Shown here: positions 1 to 13,832 of the stretch, in pieces | Layout: each line of letters begins with the position of its first letter | Position numbering within the stretch: position 1 is the first letter of the stretch | Assembly: GCF_964204645.1 (NCBI RefSeq) | Contig: NC_134030.1 | Location: 10,871,947-10,935,946 of the forward strand | Length of the DNA: 64,000 nt | Reading direction: 5' to 3' | Origin: Tubulanus polymorphus | Lineage: Eukaryota; Animalia; Nemertea | The notes under the pieces: generated by a model | Database searches by the model: none | Told to the model about the DNA's origin: nothing | The model's input: the letters and a program-made list of their open reading frames with translations, nothing else | Made by a program: the position numbers and the translations under genes

Positions 1-99
1 ACACCTGTTTAGAATCAATAAATCACGACACATTTCGATAAGGCGATTACCGGTATCTTTGGAATTTCGTGGTTGAATTAATTCGCGGTTTTGCGGCGG

Positions 100-630
100 C
101 GCTTCTATTACATAATCACTATGCACAAGTCTGGCAAATTTGATATTTTAGGCGTTGCTATCGCCCAGCAAGCAGACCTCCTTATTCGAGCAACGAAAAC
201 CGATAATGTCTGCCAAGATATCACAGAAGAGCTCAATTCTGGAATAAGGTGGTTGTTCGCGGGGAATGTACATTCAACCTCCAAGATTCAACCAAATACT
301 ATAGATATACTTCTCGTTGTTGATTACTGATTTCGGAACATTTATCCAGACACAAGTTGAGCTGCTAGTATCAATAATTTATCGCACAGATCCTGCCGTA
401 AATTATTGCAGTCCCGCCAGATCTTCTATTCGCGAGCATGTCTGTTTTAGAAAAATATCTCATAACCGGGAAGAAAATATTCAAAGTCGTCGGGGTTGTC
501 ACATTCCGTTTCTTGGACGGCAACGATATCAAATCTCCTGATTAACTCGAGAAACTCTGGACGGCAATTCTGTAGTTTGCTTCGTAACCCACACATATTG
601 ATAATAGCGATTTTGATTTCATGGCAATAG
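100..630 (-). mobile_element. Degraded non-LTR retrotransposon AP-endonuclease fragment
   Basis: Manual minus-strand translation, across stops and frameshifts, gives IKIAIINMCGLRSKL..FLELIRRFDIVAVQET..LPGY..SGGTAII..YIP..CLLGDSNA. These are the canonical APE motifs (N..GL, QET, GG, GDxNA). Confidence 0.75.
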
Positions 631-1560
631 ATTTATTTTTCGGGGAACTTTGTTTTCCAAAATTGGTAGTGAGACTTCGGCCATTTTTCGAGTTAGTTAT
701 AGAGGTGGCACCACCGTGCCATATAGCTAGGGCGGTGACAATCCGTTACAACGGACGGGTTTGCGTTGCCACATTGCAGTAACCGGTGGTTTCACGAAAA
801 AGGTTAATATTCTGCTTCTGGGTCGCACATTTTACTGTATTCCCGGGTATGAGCGCACTTGTAGCGTTCGTGCCCTGAAGGCCTAACTTCAATCTTCGGA
901 CGTAGCACTTACTCTATCCGCAGGTCGACCAAAGTCTGCGCAACAGAAAATTCACTTCAGCGCCACCTGGTGTACGATGATGGCATAACTTCGAAAATCG
1001 ACTCAAACTATAGGAAATTCAACGCTTAACTCAAGATTCAACACTAGATTAACTGTTGAAAAATGCATTTTTTATATACTTCAAAAGTAACTTTTTATAA
1101 TATTGTGAGTACGTTGTTGAAACACGATATAGAGTTTTTTTCTGGTGTTCCATAGTAATCGAAAGTAAATGTTTTCTTAGTAAATTACAGCCAGTGACTC
1201 ATAATCTATCAATAAGTTACGCATTTTATTTTTGGTAAAATACTCAGTGATAATTATTCGTAGAAATTTAGAACGGTCTAAATTAGTGACATAGCGTGAA
1301 GGACAACGATTTAATATCCATCTTCAATTGCGATAATGGTATTATTTGATGACTTCACATATAAGAGCACAATTCACTTTCCCGTGGGAAATTTCAATAT
1401 CGCTTCCTATCGTCATTAGTTTTTGACTCAGTTGTCGTTGTTACACGGAATCATTGATATCACGTACGTAGTCCAATCATTGATAATTATCAACACTAAT
1501 TTGTCTAATCGTCGATCGTCGCACCAAAATAAAAATTGTCTACGAGTCGAGTGTTTACTG

Positions 1561-1805
1561 TGATACCATGCTATAACATGCCATGCTATAACATGCCATG
1601 CTATAACGTGCCATGCTATAACATGGCATGCTATAACATGCCATAACATGCCATGCCATAACATGCCATACCATACCATAACATAACATGCCATACCATA
1701 CCATAACATAACATAACATAACATAACATAACATAACATAACATAACATAACATAACATAACATAACATAACATAACATAACATAACATAACATAACATA
1801 ACATA
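1561..1805 (+). repeat. Compound microsatellite: degenerate 15-mer (CATGCCATGCTATAA) grading into pure (ACATA)n
   Basis: Directly visible. It explains the MLCYV-repeat ORFs at 1428-1818. Confidence 0.95.
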
Positions 1806-1930
1806 GTGAGGTAGGCACTGAATGTGCCCTTTAAGTGTTCCTTTCTTATGAGGGTGCTGTCATGAGATTAATTTCTACAATTTTTCTTAGTGTATTGGCA
1901 GTTTTCTTTTTTAATTTCGTAGTCAAATTT

Positions 1931-4900
1931 TTATTATTATTATTATTATTATTTTATTTTTCCATTTTGAATTATAATAATCGTACAAAGTAATACAAAT
2001 ACAAAAATTCAAGATGGAGGGAAACATGAAGAAACCTGTTAAGGTTTATATGATATTCATGCCACCCTCGTACACCCAATCACACTCTCTTTCACACTAC
2101 ATTCACACTGCATTCACACTGAAAATATTTAAGTGCCAGATGGCAGAGACTGGCAAGGTTATCGAAACATTAATTGAGAAGATACTGTTTGAGAGCACGT
2201 TTAAAAACTGGAGGGGATACTGATCCAATGATTTTCAGTGAGTAAGGTAAGTTATTCCAAGTTAAAGGGGCTGATACTTTTAATGAAAATTTCTTTCGAT
2301 TGGCTCTAAATTGTTCTACTTTGAATGCATGACGGTTTCGAGTATGATGATGGTGAAAGTCGGAATTTAATGAAAAATAATCTGAAAACGAGTTAGGCAG
2401 TAGTGAATTCTTATATTTAAATATGAAAAAGCACAATTGAAATTTTGTCATTGCTCGAAAGGTAAGCATACCTAAGTTTTTGAAGATGGGGGCTGTATGG
2501 TCAAAGAAGGCAACCTTCGATATTACCCTGATCGCACGCTTTTGAAGTAGGATTATTGGCCTGATTCTCGATTCGAAGTTATTGCCCCAGATAAAATTGC
2601 AGTATTGGAGATACGGGTAAACAAAACTATAGTATAAGGTTTTCATCACTAAAACTGGCAATCGTCTTTTAACTCTATTCAAAACACCAATACTACGAGA
2701 GATCTTTTTACAGACAAATGATATGTGGTCAGACCACGTCAGTTTACTATCAATATATAAACCAAGAGATTTTGTGGAATGAACTTGCTTTATTGGGACA
2801 TTTCCAATTTTTATGGCACAAGGGGTACCCTTGAAATTTCCGAAAATCATAAAATAACATTTTTAAGGTTAGGAGACAATTTATTAACTTGAAACCACAT
2901 TCGAAGTTTGATGAGTTCATTGTTTATCAGTTGGAATATCTTCTTATGATCTTTTGAATAAGCGAAGCATGTTGTGTCATCTGCAAAAAGGGTGAAGTCA
3001 AGAATTTTTGAAGCATTGACACAATCATTTATGAATAATAGATATAAAAGAGGACCGAGAATAGAACCTTGGGGAACTCCGATAGTTATACCCCTTCTTG
3101 ACGAGTTAATACCATTAAAACAAACAATTTGACCACGATCAGACAGGTAACTTTCGAACCATTTGAGAGGTAAACCCCGAATACTATAGTGATCTAATTT
3201 ACCGAGCAGAATTGTGTGGTTGACCGTGTCGAATGCCTTCTTTAGGTCTAAGAAAATGCCTTATTTTTTATCAAGGTATGATGTTAGGGTGTCTGTTACT
3301 TTGGCAAGAGCAAGTGCTGTGGAATGATTTGATCGAAAACCGAAATGATTTGAAGAAATAACGTTATGTTTATTGAGAAAGGAGGATAATCTGTTAAAGA
3401 CCAGCTTTTCTAAAATCTTTGAAAATACCGGAAGAATAGAGATTGGACGATAATTATTGAAATTTTCCGAATCACCTGATTTAAATAACGGGTAAACTTT
3501 GGCTTGTTTCATGTCAAACGGAACAATACCATTATAGAAGCTACAATTAAATATATGCGATAAAGGAGCATTTATTAGATCTATTGTGTCTTTAAGTAAA
3601 GATGTACTAATACCATCCAACCCTGCACTTTTTTTCGGATAAAAATTTCTAACTATAGATTCAATTTCACAATGATTAGTAGGAAACATAAAGAAATTTT
3701 CGTTAGTATGATTTTTCAGGTAATATGTGAAGTTGTGACCAGGGATATCAGGTATAGTCTCAGAAATTTGTGAGCCTATTTTAGAAAAGAAATCGTTAAA
3801 CCCACACGCTATGCGATAGTCGCCTTTGAATTCCTGGTTATTTTGTTTAAGAACACTAGGTAAAATAGGAGAAGATGATTTACGAAGTATCTGGTTAATA
3901 AGTTTCCATTTAAGTTTCATATCAGTACCTATATCGGTAAACTTTTGAGAATAATAATCAGATTCAGCTTTTCTTAAGATTTTAGTAAGAATGTTTTTAT
4001 AAGTATTGTAACTATTCTTGACATCCGCGGATGTAGAACGAATTGATTTCTTATAAAGTCGGTTTTTGTGCTTAATGGAGTTAAATATCGCTGGAGTAAT
4101 CCACGGCTTCTCAAGGCGTTGTCTATCATTTAGTTGGGTCGGGAGAAGGGGGAAAGCTTCATTAAACGCAAGATTAATTTTATTTGAAAAATAATGGTAG
4201 GACTGATCAACTTCTGAGCATGAATAAATATCATTCCAATCAGTGCTTAATAGGAGTCTACGATACTTGGATATATTTTTAGCACAGTAAGAACGCTTCA
4301 TATTTTGTCTGTTATTTGAACAATTTAAAATCTTCTTGCACATTGTAAAAACAGGATAATGATCCGATAAATCATGACATTTAAATCATTAGTAAAGATA
4401 TTAACAATAACAGTGGATGTGTTCGTGGTTACTCTGGTAGGCTTATCAATCATTGGAAAAAAAGATGATGAAACCAGAGTATCCACGAACACCTCAGTAT
4501 TTCTGTGCTCATCAAATTTGGATAAATCTATATTATAGTCACCGATAAGGTAACACCGTTTGTTTTCGCGATTGATATTTACAAGTAGTTTTTCAAACTC
4601 TTCAACAAAAGGATCGAGCCTTCCTCCTGGGGGTCTATAAATTACTCCCATAATGATATTGGAGCGTTTGCCCATATCAATCTCGATAAAAAGAGATTCG
4701 AATGTAAGAGAACTTGGTGCGATATCGTTGCGGGTTTTATGTTTCATTGAGTTCTTGATATAAAGAGCTACTCCACCACCCTGGGTTTCGATCCTGGAAT
4801 TGAATTCGCTTGAATAACCAGGGGTATTATACATTATACTATTATCATGGTCATCATTTGTCCATGTCTCTGTGAATCCTAGAACAGAAAATTTATCGGC

Positions 4901-5390
4901 CGAATAGTAGAGAAAATCCGTTATTTTATCAAAATTTGAATTGAAACTCCTGGCATTATGTGAAAAAAAAAGATAAATTATCTCCACTTGAGAGTAATTC
5001 ATTTTCGTCGTAATAACGACAGGTATTATTGCCTGATATATCAACCATAGAATAAATGTTCTAGTCGAGTGAACACATTAATGTCAACATTGACCCGAGT
5101 CGGGACACTCTTTCAAGAGTCTTATTCATCATCGCCATCTGATTCCACATTTGGTTTTTTCGCTAATTTTTCCGCACTGGGTGGAGAGGTCACCGATCTA
5201 TTCTTTCTTTTGTTATTTGATGGCGTAGACGTAATGTCAGGTTTAAGAGCAGATTCAAAGTTACTGGAAAGTGCCGACTTTCCTAAATCATTAAGATGCA
5301 CCCCGCGACTATCACTGACGTTGTAATACCTATCTCGAATGTTGCCTGTAGGTTTGATGATCACATCATTATTTATATAAATCATTCTTA
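1931..5390 (-). mobile_element. Near full-length CR1/L2-clade LINE: 5'-truncated ORF1 esterase end plus frameshifted ORF2 (APE + RT)
   Basis: APE 4325-5044 (HNARS, ETW, GGGVALY, YRPP, GDYN, PTR). Linker/RT 3261-4343 (KPWIT, KSAGLDG, NYRPISILPVFSKILEK, GFR). 2870-3260 gives [13 protein letters not shown] and FADDT. C-terminus 2170-2850 (LGLYIDSKLTW). ORF1 end 5122-5385 has an SGNH-like GVHLN. (TAA)n tail at ~1931-1950. Confidence 0.92.
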
Positions 5391-5693
5391 GAAGTCCTGA
5401 TGGCTATTCTTTTTCTTCCGTTTAGTGTAGCCCTGATGTGTCTGTTGTTTATTAACATGGCTGATTCCCAGGGGAGTTGATTCAGACCCCTCTAATGAGG
5501 AGCCGCTCGATGTTTCGCTTTTACGTGTAAATCTATATGACTAATATACTTCTTCATTCTTGAATTTCTTTATCATTATTACGTTCTCAGTATTAAATAT
5601 AATTTCTTGCTTGTTTTTTTGCTGCTTTTTTCGCTTTTTTTCAACCCAAACGTGTTTGTTGTTTTATGACGAATAAGCCGCTTTGAATTATTG

Positions 5694-6414
5694 ATGGTGG
5701 CTGGTTCAGCCCATTAATGTGGCCAAAATATGCTACTCGACGTCCGTTAATTTTTTTCCGTGCAACGTTTTTTTCCGTGTTACGTTTAAACGCCACGTTA
5801 AAACGAGGTTTTCATTTTCACGCCACGTTAAAACCAGTTTTTCGATTTAATGCCACGTAGAAAAAATGTTCGTTTAAACGCCACGTTAATCCAAGTTTTC
5901 TGCTATTACGCCACGTCAAAGCGAGTTTTATCGTTTTAACGCCACGTTTAAAAAGAGTTTTTCATTTTAACGCCTAGTTGAAAACCAACTTTTCTTTCTA
6001 ACGCCACGTTATGCCAAGTTTTTCGTTTTCACGCCACGTTAAAAGGAGTTTTTCATTTTAACGCCATGTTAAAACCAGTTTTTCGATCTAATGCCACGTT
6101 AATAACTAACTTTTCGTGTAACACCGAGTTTGTCTTATAACGCCATGTTAAAACGAGTTTTTCGATTTAATGCCACACTTAAGCTATCAGTTTTTCATTT
6201 GAACGCCACGTTATAACGAGTTATTCATTTTGACGCCACATCGAAGCCAGTTTTTCGATTTAACGTCGCACTAAAACCAGTTTTTCATTTTAACGCCACG
6301 TTAAAACGAAAAGCTTGTTTTAACGATGCTTCAAAACGAAAAATGTAGAACAAAACTGATGGAGATCGCGTTTCATTATGTTTTAGTTTTAGTGCGACCC
6401 GAATCAGCCACCAT
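5694..6414. mobile_element. MITE-like element with an internal ~30-bp minisatellite
   Basis: ATGGTGGCTGGTTC at 5694 and GAATCAGCCACCAT at 6401-6414 are inverted. The interior 5780-6330 is a tandem array of ~TTTTAACGCCACGTTAAAACGAGTTTTTCA. The same TIR occurs at 57704/57935. Confidence 0.65.
5780..6330. repeat. Tandem minisatellite, ~30-bp unit with semi-palindromic core TTAACGCCACGTTAA
   Basis: Roughly 18 degenerate copies are directly visible. Confidence 0.9.
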
Positions 6415-7516
6415 ACGTAAGGCCATTAGGCGAATTAAAAATTCAAAAAATTATAACCCTCCCAACCGATGGCTTCTGTCATAAATTGTCAGCCATTAGT
6501 CGTCGATATACACGTCGATATATGTATATCGCTTATTATATTCACTAATAATCATCAACAATGCATTTGTCTGCCGTCGTAGCTAAGTCAAGGTGGCTGA
6601 TTCAGGCAATTAAAAATGTATTTGAAAAAAAAAACAAATCAAAACCCTCGCGGTGGGTTATTTTCCATGCGCAAAATTTATGAATTATTGCTCAGAGAAA
6701 ACCGATAGTTTCTGTTATCTAGCTCAATTACCTTTTCAATACCGGTATCTGTTTTCGAGCCTAAAAAGAATTATCCGCTCAGAGGGCCTGGATTAAGTTT
6801 GTTAAATTATTGCCCGATATATTTTTCCTGAAATTGAAAAATTTGAAAATAGTCTAAAAGTCTGCATTCCTTTACCAGAAATCTGAAGAAAAGCTTGATA
6901 TCGAGAAAATTCATCACGTATACATTCTCGATTATATACCTCTCCAATTTGATAAATCATAAATCTATGTAGCCAGTAGCGTGCCTTGCTTGCGTTTTTG
7001 CGCGTGTGAGTGTGTGCACGTGTTTGTTTATGTGTTACGCTTTTTTCTTTTTCTTCTTTACTAGGGTGCCTTAACCTAGTGACTACAAGGTTTGCTTTAT
7101 TCCGGCTGTTATTTTACTTCAGTATATACAAAGAAAACAAACATCATAATGTCCTGATGTAAAATAATCAGGACCTAATCTGATATGGTATTGGAATATA
7201 TGATAATCATTATTTTTCAAAGAAATTGAAACAATTTATAACATGATATCCATACATAAATATGAATACAAGTGTAAAATGTGCCAATATCAAATGAAGG
7301 AACCCAATGAAGCAAATGCTTGTAGGTCTGGCCACCCACTCTACATACACTCATTCTTCACAAGCATGCTAATTCACATATTCACACACAGCATACCAGT
7401 ACAGTAAACATAGCTCAGATAAATAATTTTTGAAATTCAGTATTTTTGGTATGATATGATGTTACAGGAGTTTAGATATTCATTTATAAATTTCTTGCTT
7501 TATTTCCATTCTATAG

Positions 7517-8325
7517 CAGTGTACTTGGGCTGCTACAAAGACGACACCACACGAGATCTCGATGGGAAAATGACACACGATAAACGGATGACCAATCAAC
7601 AGTGCAGGGCAATCTGTTCAGGTATTACCAAATCAACTCTTTAGTTTTTTGGATGCAGTTCCACAATTCTGACTTCAAATTTCATCGGGCTTAGAACTGA
7701 CGGTTCCGCAGTGGGAAACTCTCTTAACTCCCAGCTGTGGAACTTTTTAGAGAGTAGAATAAATTACGTACATTTCAAGTATAACATGTTTTTAAACGTG
7801 TTTTTAAAGAAGAAATGATCAACATCCGAAGAATACGTTACGAATGAGTGCAAACACATTTACGAAGGAACTTATTTTGAAAGAAGAAATGACGGGACCT
7901 ACGCCTGGCTTTAGGGCCCCTGTGGGTGGTGCATACCATTTTGTCATCAAATAGTTTGAATTTTTCAAAATCAGTGCCTTCTTAAATGTGTTTGTATTCG
8001 CGACATATTCTTCGGATGGTGATCATTTCTTCTTTCAAAACCCGAAGTGATTCATGTCTCTAGAAACGGTTGCTTAGATTTGTGATAAAAAGAGTACAGA
8101 TAAGAAATTTACAATTCGCATCAGTCTCGATTATATCTATTTCTGCTTATCATAATATTGTAGGCTTTTCCTTCGCTGGCACTCAATATTCAAGTCAGTG
8201 TTTTTGCGGAAATAGTTATGGATCGTATGGTACGCTTGCAGAAAGCTCATGTTCGAAGACGTGCGGCGGAAATGCGGGACAGAAATGCGGCGGCGTCTGG
8301 GCTAATTCTGTTTATTCTATCAATG
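7517..8325 (+). CDS. WSC carbohydrate-binding domain, two internal exons (7517-7621, 8164-8325)
   Basis: [23 protein letters not shown] | [39 protein letters not shown] is the WSC consensus. Phase-1 AG/GT splice sites join the exons in frame. Start and stop exons were not located. Confidence 0.88.
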
Positions 8326-8478
8326 GTATGAAACTGTCCATTCCTCCTTAATGCTTAATTTATTGTATAGTGTTTTAACTTAGTGGCAAATGTTCTAACA
8401 CAATACCGACACGCGCAAAGGTAAGTCGCAATACCCAGCAGAACCTGCCACGAATTGAAATGGTAAGCTCGGTCGACT

Positions 8479-8722
8479 TAAGGCTGGCTTATGTCGACAA
8501 GCAACGGTGCCTACCGACGCAAAGCGGCCTACGAGAGGCCGCGCAGTTGCTGCTCTATCAGTTCGACCTTGAAATGATTACTCCAAGGTTCGACATAATC
8601 CGGCTTGCAACGGCAAATCGACACCTACCGACTCGTCGCAAGCCGTATCCGGCTAGTTGCCCATGTTCTACTCCGGCCTACGGTAGGCAGACAGTTACTT
8701 TCGATTGCAACCGACATAAGCT
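8479..8722. mobile_element. MITE (TTAAGGCTGGCTTATGTC end), with a shorter relative at 10623-10706
   Basis: The terminus is shared with 10623. An inverted GACATAAGC occurs at ~8714, with internal CCTACCGAC repeats. Confidence 0.55.
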
Positions 8723-8769
8723 CATCTGCGACGCGACGGAACTGAACGCAGAGGATCCAGCCAGTTGAC

Positions 8770-9600
8770 CTTCATGAGGGGAGCGCCAGAAATATCTAGG
8801 GGTGAATTTGCCCCTTAAATTTGGCAAAAATGGGCACACTAAAAGAAAATGAAATTCGTCACTAACCACATTACACTAAGTGTATATTCTTTTATTCCGT
8901 TCAATGTGGTGATATCTACCCACCTCTACAGGTAACTGGTTGGAGCATCTGAAACAGCACATCCCTATACGAAGGTTTAAAGGGATGGAAGTTAAATACT
9001 CTCTTCACATTTGAAACCAGCAAGTTATTCTGATTTTTCTGTAGGAAACAGCAATGTGAGATTCATCGATTTTTACCTGCCAGTCTTGAATGTCCAGTCA
9101 ATCTTTGTTGCAGTAGAGTTAAGTGGTTGATGTTAGGGAGCCCGGTTTTGCCAGAAGTAACCGAGGTCATTTCCTTTCAAGAATGCTCTTAACATGATAT
9201 ATCCACTTATTAGATTTACCATTTATGTGCATGTAATGACCATGTTTATATATTAACGAGGATATTTTATTTGTCTCACTGACTAATTTGGCCCAAAATT
9301 TCACCATTCTGATTTTGACAAAAATATCTAAGGAGTGGCGCCCCACCCAGTTCGCCATATACAAAACTACTATAGGGGTAGATCGTTTTACTCTAAGTGA
9401 ATACTTGAAAAAAGATAAGACTTGTTCGAGTATCTGGAGGTTTTCAAAACCCCAAATTTCGCAACCAAACGATAAGATTGGTAGAGACATGCTATCAAGA
9501 AGTTTAGAAGTTCTAACTAAATCTAAGGAACGCTCACTGGCCTTCTTTAATACAAAAAATAACGATTTCCTTGCTTGCTCCGCTAAGAAAGTTTGTCTTT
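8770..9600 (-). mobile_element. Degraded LINE ORF2 3' portion
   Basis: LPILSFGCEIWG..KFWAKL..FRCSN.LPVEVGR..C..VSDEFHFLLVCP is the typical C-terminal region of invertebrate LINE ORF2. Multiple stops and frameshifts. Confidence 0.8.
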
Positions 9601-10261
9601 GTCGTAATGTGTTACGTAATTGTTGTTGTCATGTCACTACTCGTCACCTTTGATTTTGTATCATTTCCCATGTCTCCACCTGTCTTGTGATATAACTAGC
9701 TAGTGTAAAAATAAAGTCAATCAGTTTTCGAACTTGAGCGTTCTCTCGTTGTTTATTCGGGATGTTTCCGACGACCACCATTCTCAACATAGGACTAAAA
9801 TCGCATTGTTACACAGATATTCATAAACATTTTGAGCAAATTGCCGATCAATAAATGAGTATCTGTGCTTCCATTTTCTGTATTGTCCATAGTAACGTGA
9901 CTAGGGAATTAGAATATCAATATTGTTGTTCATTTTGACGAACACCACGTAATAGTTTTATTGCCAAATGCCACAAAATATCAGTATTGTGATTCGTGTG
10001 GTGAGTAACCCTGCACAACGGTTTTTAGTGCCAAATGCAGCGATTATAATGGACACGCTGGTACGAATCAGAAAAAAATCGATTGAATTCTATATTAAAC
10101 TTTCAGAAAGTGAGAGTAATGAGCGCAATGAGCGTCAATACTGAGAGCTGAGACCTCACATATCTGAAAAGACTTACTGGAAACACAAAGAGCAAGCAGA
10201 AAATTGTATATCCCACTGAGCTAAAAACGGCTGCGTCTAAACATGAAACTTCATGCGAAGC

Positions 10262-10455
10262 CGGCCTCTCAGTAGCTCAGTGGGATAAGGCGTGATGCTG
10301 TTGTATTCGCCTTCAGCGCTGAGTGACATGTGCGGGCTCGAGTCCTGCTAGCTGCTCTGCGGGCAACATAAGCGCAGGGGAGGGGGATGGGGTGTTGGAG
10401 ACCCACATGTTTGGCCGTAGTCCTCGTGGAACTTCTTATCATGGGGTAAAACAAT
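10262..10455 (+). mobile_element. tRNA-derived SINE head (Pol III A/B boxes) with a short body
   Basis: A-box TAGCTCAGTGG at 10273-10283 and B-box-like GGCTCGAGTCC at 10335-10345. No convincing cloverleaf, so it is not called a tRNA. Confidence 0.6.
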
Positions 10456-13400
10456 TTAAGGTAATTGTATGTATCATAAGTTTACGCATTTTCAGGGATT
10501 TTACACATTTTTGTCCTCGTTTTCACGAAAAGGTCAGTCCATAAAAAATAGTGCGGAAGTTAGGGGGTGCACGTGCCCCCTGTGCACCCCTAGCTGGATC
10601 CACCGCTATGCGGATGAAGCTTTTAAGGCTGGCTTATGTCAACAAGCAACGCGACGCCTACCGACTCCTACCGACGCAACTGAGAGCAACCGCGATCGCA
10701 GCCTTAGATTTTTCTGTACAGAACCAGTTCCATTCCATCCAATTAACCTTTCAATCATTATCTTTACTACGAGCGATGTTTTATGTTCTACGATAGTTCT
10801 TTTACTTGGGACCAGGAGGACCATGATTAGCCATTTTACTGACAGAACGTGCGGGTGGAGTTACGAAGCCTGAATTGCTTTTATCGAGCGATTGAGCACT
10901 CAAATCATCAGATTCTAAGGTATCGTACAAATCAATTGCTTGACTTTACGACGTTTGACATGGATACGTTCACGATTAATGGCTGTGCATTTTATGAATC
11001 AAATTCATGGAGCATACACGTATTCTTCCTCCGGTAGATTAATAAATGATGCAATTACGAATCAAAGGCCTCCTGGTTTCCAGAAAAAGCAACTGCAGCC
11101 CTAGGCGTGAGCTGTTGGAAATATGGGTTGTTAAGTGTCAAAATGTTGAAATGTAGATACACATTTCGTAGGCCCATTATGCACCTAATATAGCTACCCA
11201 CAGAGGTTTCCTGCACATAATTAGCCTATTTTAACTAAATGAAAAAAGCTTTATGTATAAGTCACTTGTGTCTCTTAGAAAAAACGGGTTGGATTTGATG
11301 AACTACTGATTTAGTGGGTAAACGTCGACATGCAACGACGACGGTAAGTATATTTTATTGCAGTTCAATAATTAGTCCTTAATTTCCGGCTTTTACGGTT
11401 TGTACGAAAGAAGTTTGAAACTAATCGGAACTTTATCATACAGCGGACTTCGCATGCTGGATCCTGTGACCAATAGATTTCCAGTGAATAGACCAGCAAA
11501 TTCCGGGGAAGTCGCATCCTCCCTCAGCAGGGACTCGGCCTGACCGCTGGACAATCGAACAACCACTAGACTCAACGGCCACGGCACGAAACCACCACAT
11601 TAGCCTGAGTGCTCAGGTACGCTTCACAAAAAGGTTATTCAGGGGTTTTGTGCGAGTCGATTGTGCACTACGTCATCAATATTGATGTTTCTAAATAACT
11701 ATTACAATATTGTGAATTTTGGCTTTTATTTCGTAGTTGAACATATTTAATGACTCTTAGCTTTTATTTGGTACATTTTTAAGTCTTTCTGATAATCATT
11801 TTTTAGAGAATGTACACAACGTCATCGATATATCTGGGTGAGACTGGTTTGGTTGCCGGTCAATCCTATTCAATTATCGGTATTATTTTCTATATGAAAC
11901 ATCAGTGAAATGTAGATCTGTTAATTTGAAAAAAAATTGAGATCATCAAGCCTACTTTAAAGACTTATCTTAAAGGGCCGATGGAGCAAGTCCAACCTGC
12001 TGACCTTTGTCATTTTAAAGGTCCACTCAAATAGAAATTCTCACTCATCATCGGCGCAATCGTTCGAATGACAGGAGAATGAATCTATGAGCAATAGTTC
12101 TAAATCTTTTTCTGGAGGAGACAGCATAATGCTTCTCATTTTCGGCGTTTACTGACACCTGTGACATCTCCAGTTTTTAAAAAAGAGAAAAATGACCCAA
12201 CATTACAGGACATTTAAGTACCCTAACAAAGTGGCGGCTGGCTACTGTAAAATGTTTATCGTTTTTGCTGGCCCTACCGGTTTTAGGGTATTGCGCACCC
12301 CAATTAAAATATACCTTAAACTACCCCTTATCAAATTCTATTGATAATCTCCAATGCACCGATTAGAAGTGTCGGATCGACAAATAAACCTGTTCCAATT
12401 TTAGATATGTCGAGTGCAATGAAAAAAACTCTTGTGATGTATGATTCGATGTTTGTCATAGACTCATTCGTCAAAAGAATTCCCAATGATAATGACAGCT
12501 TCGACAAACAAACGCTCTTTCGTACACTGAACTTTTTCCAGTCACAAACATGTCGCAAAATCAACCATCTGATATACCCGCACTTGAATTATCATAAGTT
12601 CATATGAATACCTAGCGTCTGATTTCTGTTTGCTCAAGTTATTTGTTATTTCTTTTTATCGAGTTAAATAGGTGGGTAGTTAGGTGTCTGTCTAGCAACT
12701 CCTATTTCGGGTAGTTTACTGATGATTTTGGTTGTATAGCTAATCGGAAACTCCGAATTTATGCGCGGTAAGTATATACCAACGCGTTGTATTATCTGTA
12801 TTTTCTTGGTTTGAAAGTAGCATTTTCATAATTTCAAATGAAACGACCGAAATATTTCACCGTAATACCATTTACGTTTACTGTAAACTTTTCAACGTTT
12901 TATACAAATTTCCATTATTCCAATACAAATTTTCATTATTCCAATTATTGAATTGAATTTCTAAAAGCGTATAAAAAGTATGCTATTGAATTATTGTGCA
13001 GAACGATAATCAAGTATCGAAGTCTACCTCGTTTAATCTAATTTCGATGGAGTAAATACTTCGACAAGCTTTTTTTCTCATTAAATTATAACCGAACATA
13101 TGGATAGTACTGGGATCGAATGAATGATCGTTACTTCGTCTGTCATCGAATATCTAAATGTTTTAACGTACGTCTAAAATTCGTTCACTATCTTTTTATA
13201 CTTCAGGCTAAAAATAATACCTCGTTTCTCCTTTCGGCTGAGCTTAAAGTTGACTTGGCCGGCCGGTCGCCTATCTACCCTGTACATGATCAGGCTAACC
13301 ATAAAAGAACCGGCAGCTATATGAATGAACCGATTTCAATTGTATTGAAGTTTACAAAAGTGACCCGGCCGATAGGGTGAAACAAGGTATAATTTTTCTT

Positions 13401-13832
13401 TAGCCTTAAATCAATCTTGTACGTAAATGAAATCGCATTCGATCCATTACATGGCGTCTTCTGATATTCCTTTCATCTTGTCGATTCTTTTTCTCTTATC
13501 AATAAATCGCTCGTCTATGAACACAAAATTGAATGAAGAATTTAATCGGAATTTCAAACGTATATTGCATTTTCTGTTTACTGTATCGCAGTCGCTGTTT
13601 TTTTTTTTAAATAACGCATTAATTAAACGTCATCTGCTGTGACATGCTCCTTTCGCATTGGAATGGTTTTATAAGAGGGGTTCTTCTAAATGTACTTAAA
13701 TTAGCCTTAGATTGGTGTATAGTGAGAGATCACCATCGACAGCAGCCAACGACAGAGGTGTCTATGCAATATTGGGTTTGTAATTGTTAGATTTGGGATG
13801 TCTGATCAAAATCGTTTGTCTAAAAGAACTAT

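Noticed and set aside
1428-1818. MLCYV-repeat ORFs
   Set aside because: Translation of the pentanucleotide microsatellite.
5780-6330. CRISPR-like array with a palindromic repeat
   Set aside because: The units are contiguous and degenerate with no unique spacers, there are no cas genes, and the context is eukaryotic.
10262-10355. Functional tRNA gene
   Set aside because: A and B boxes are present, but the acceptor and anticodon stems do not pair and the T-loop is mutated; treated as a SINE head.
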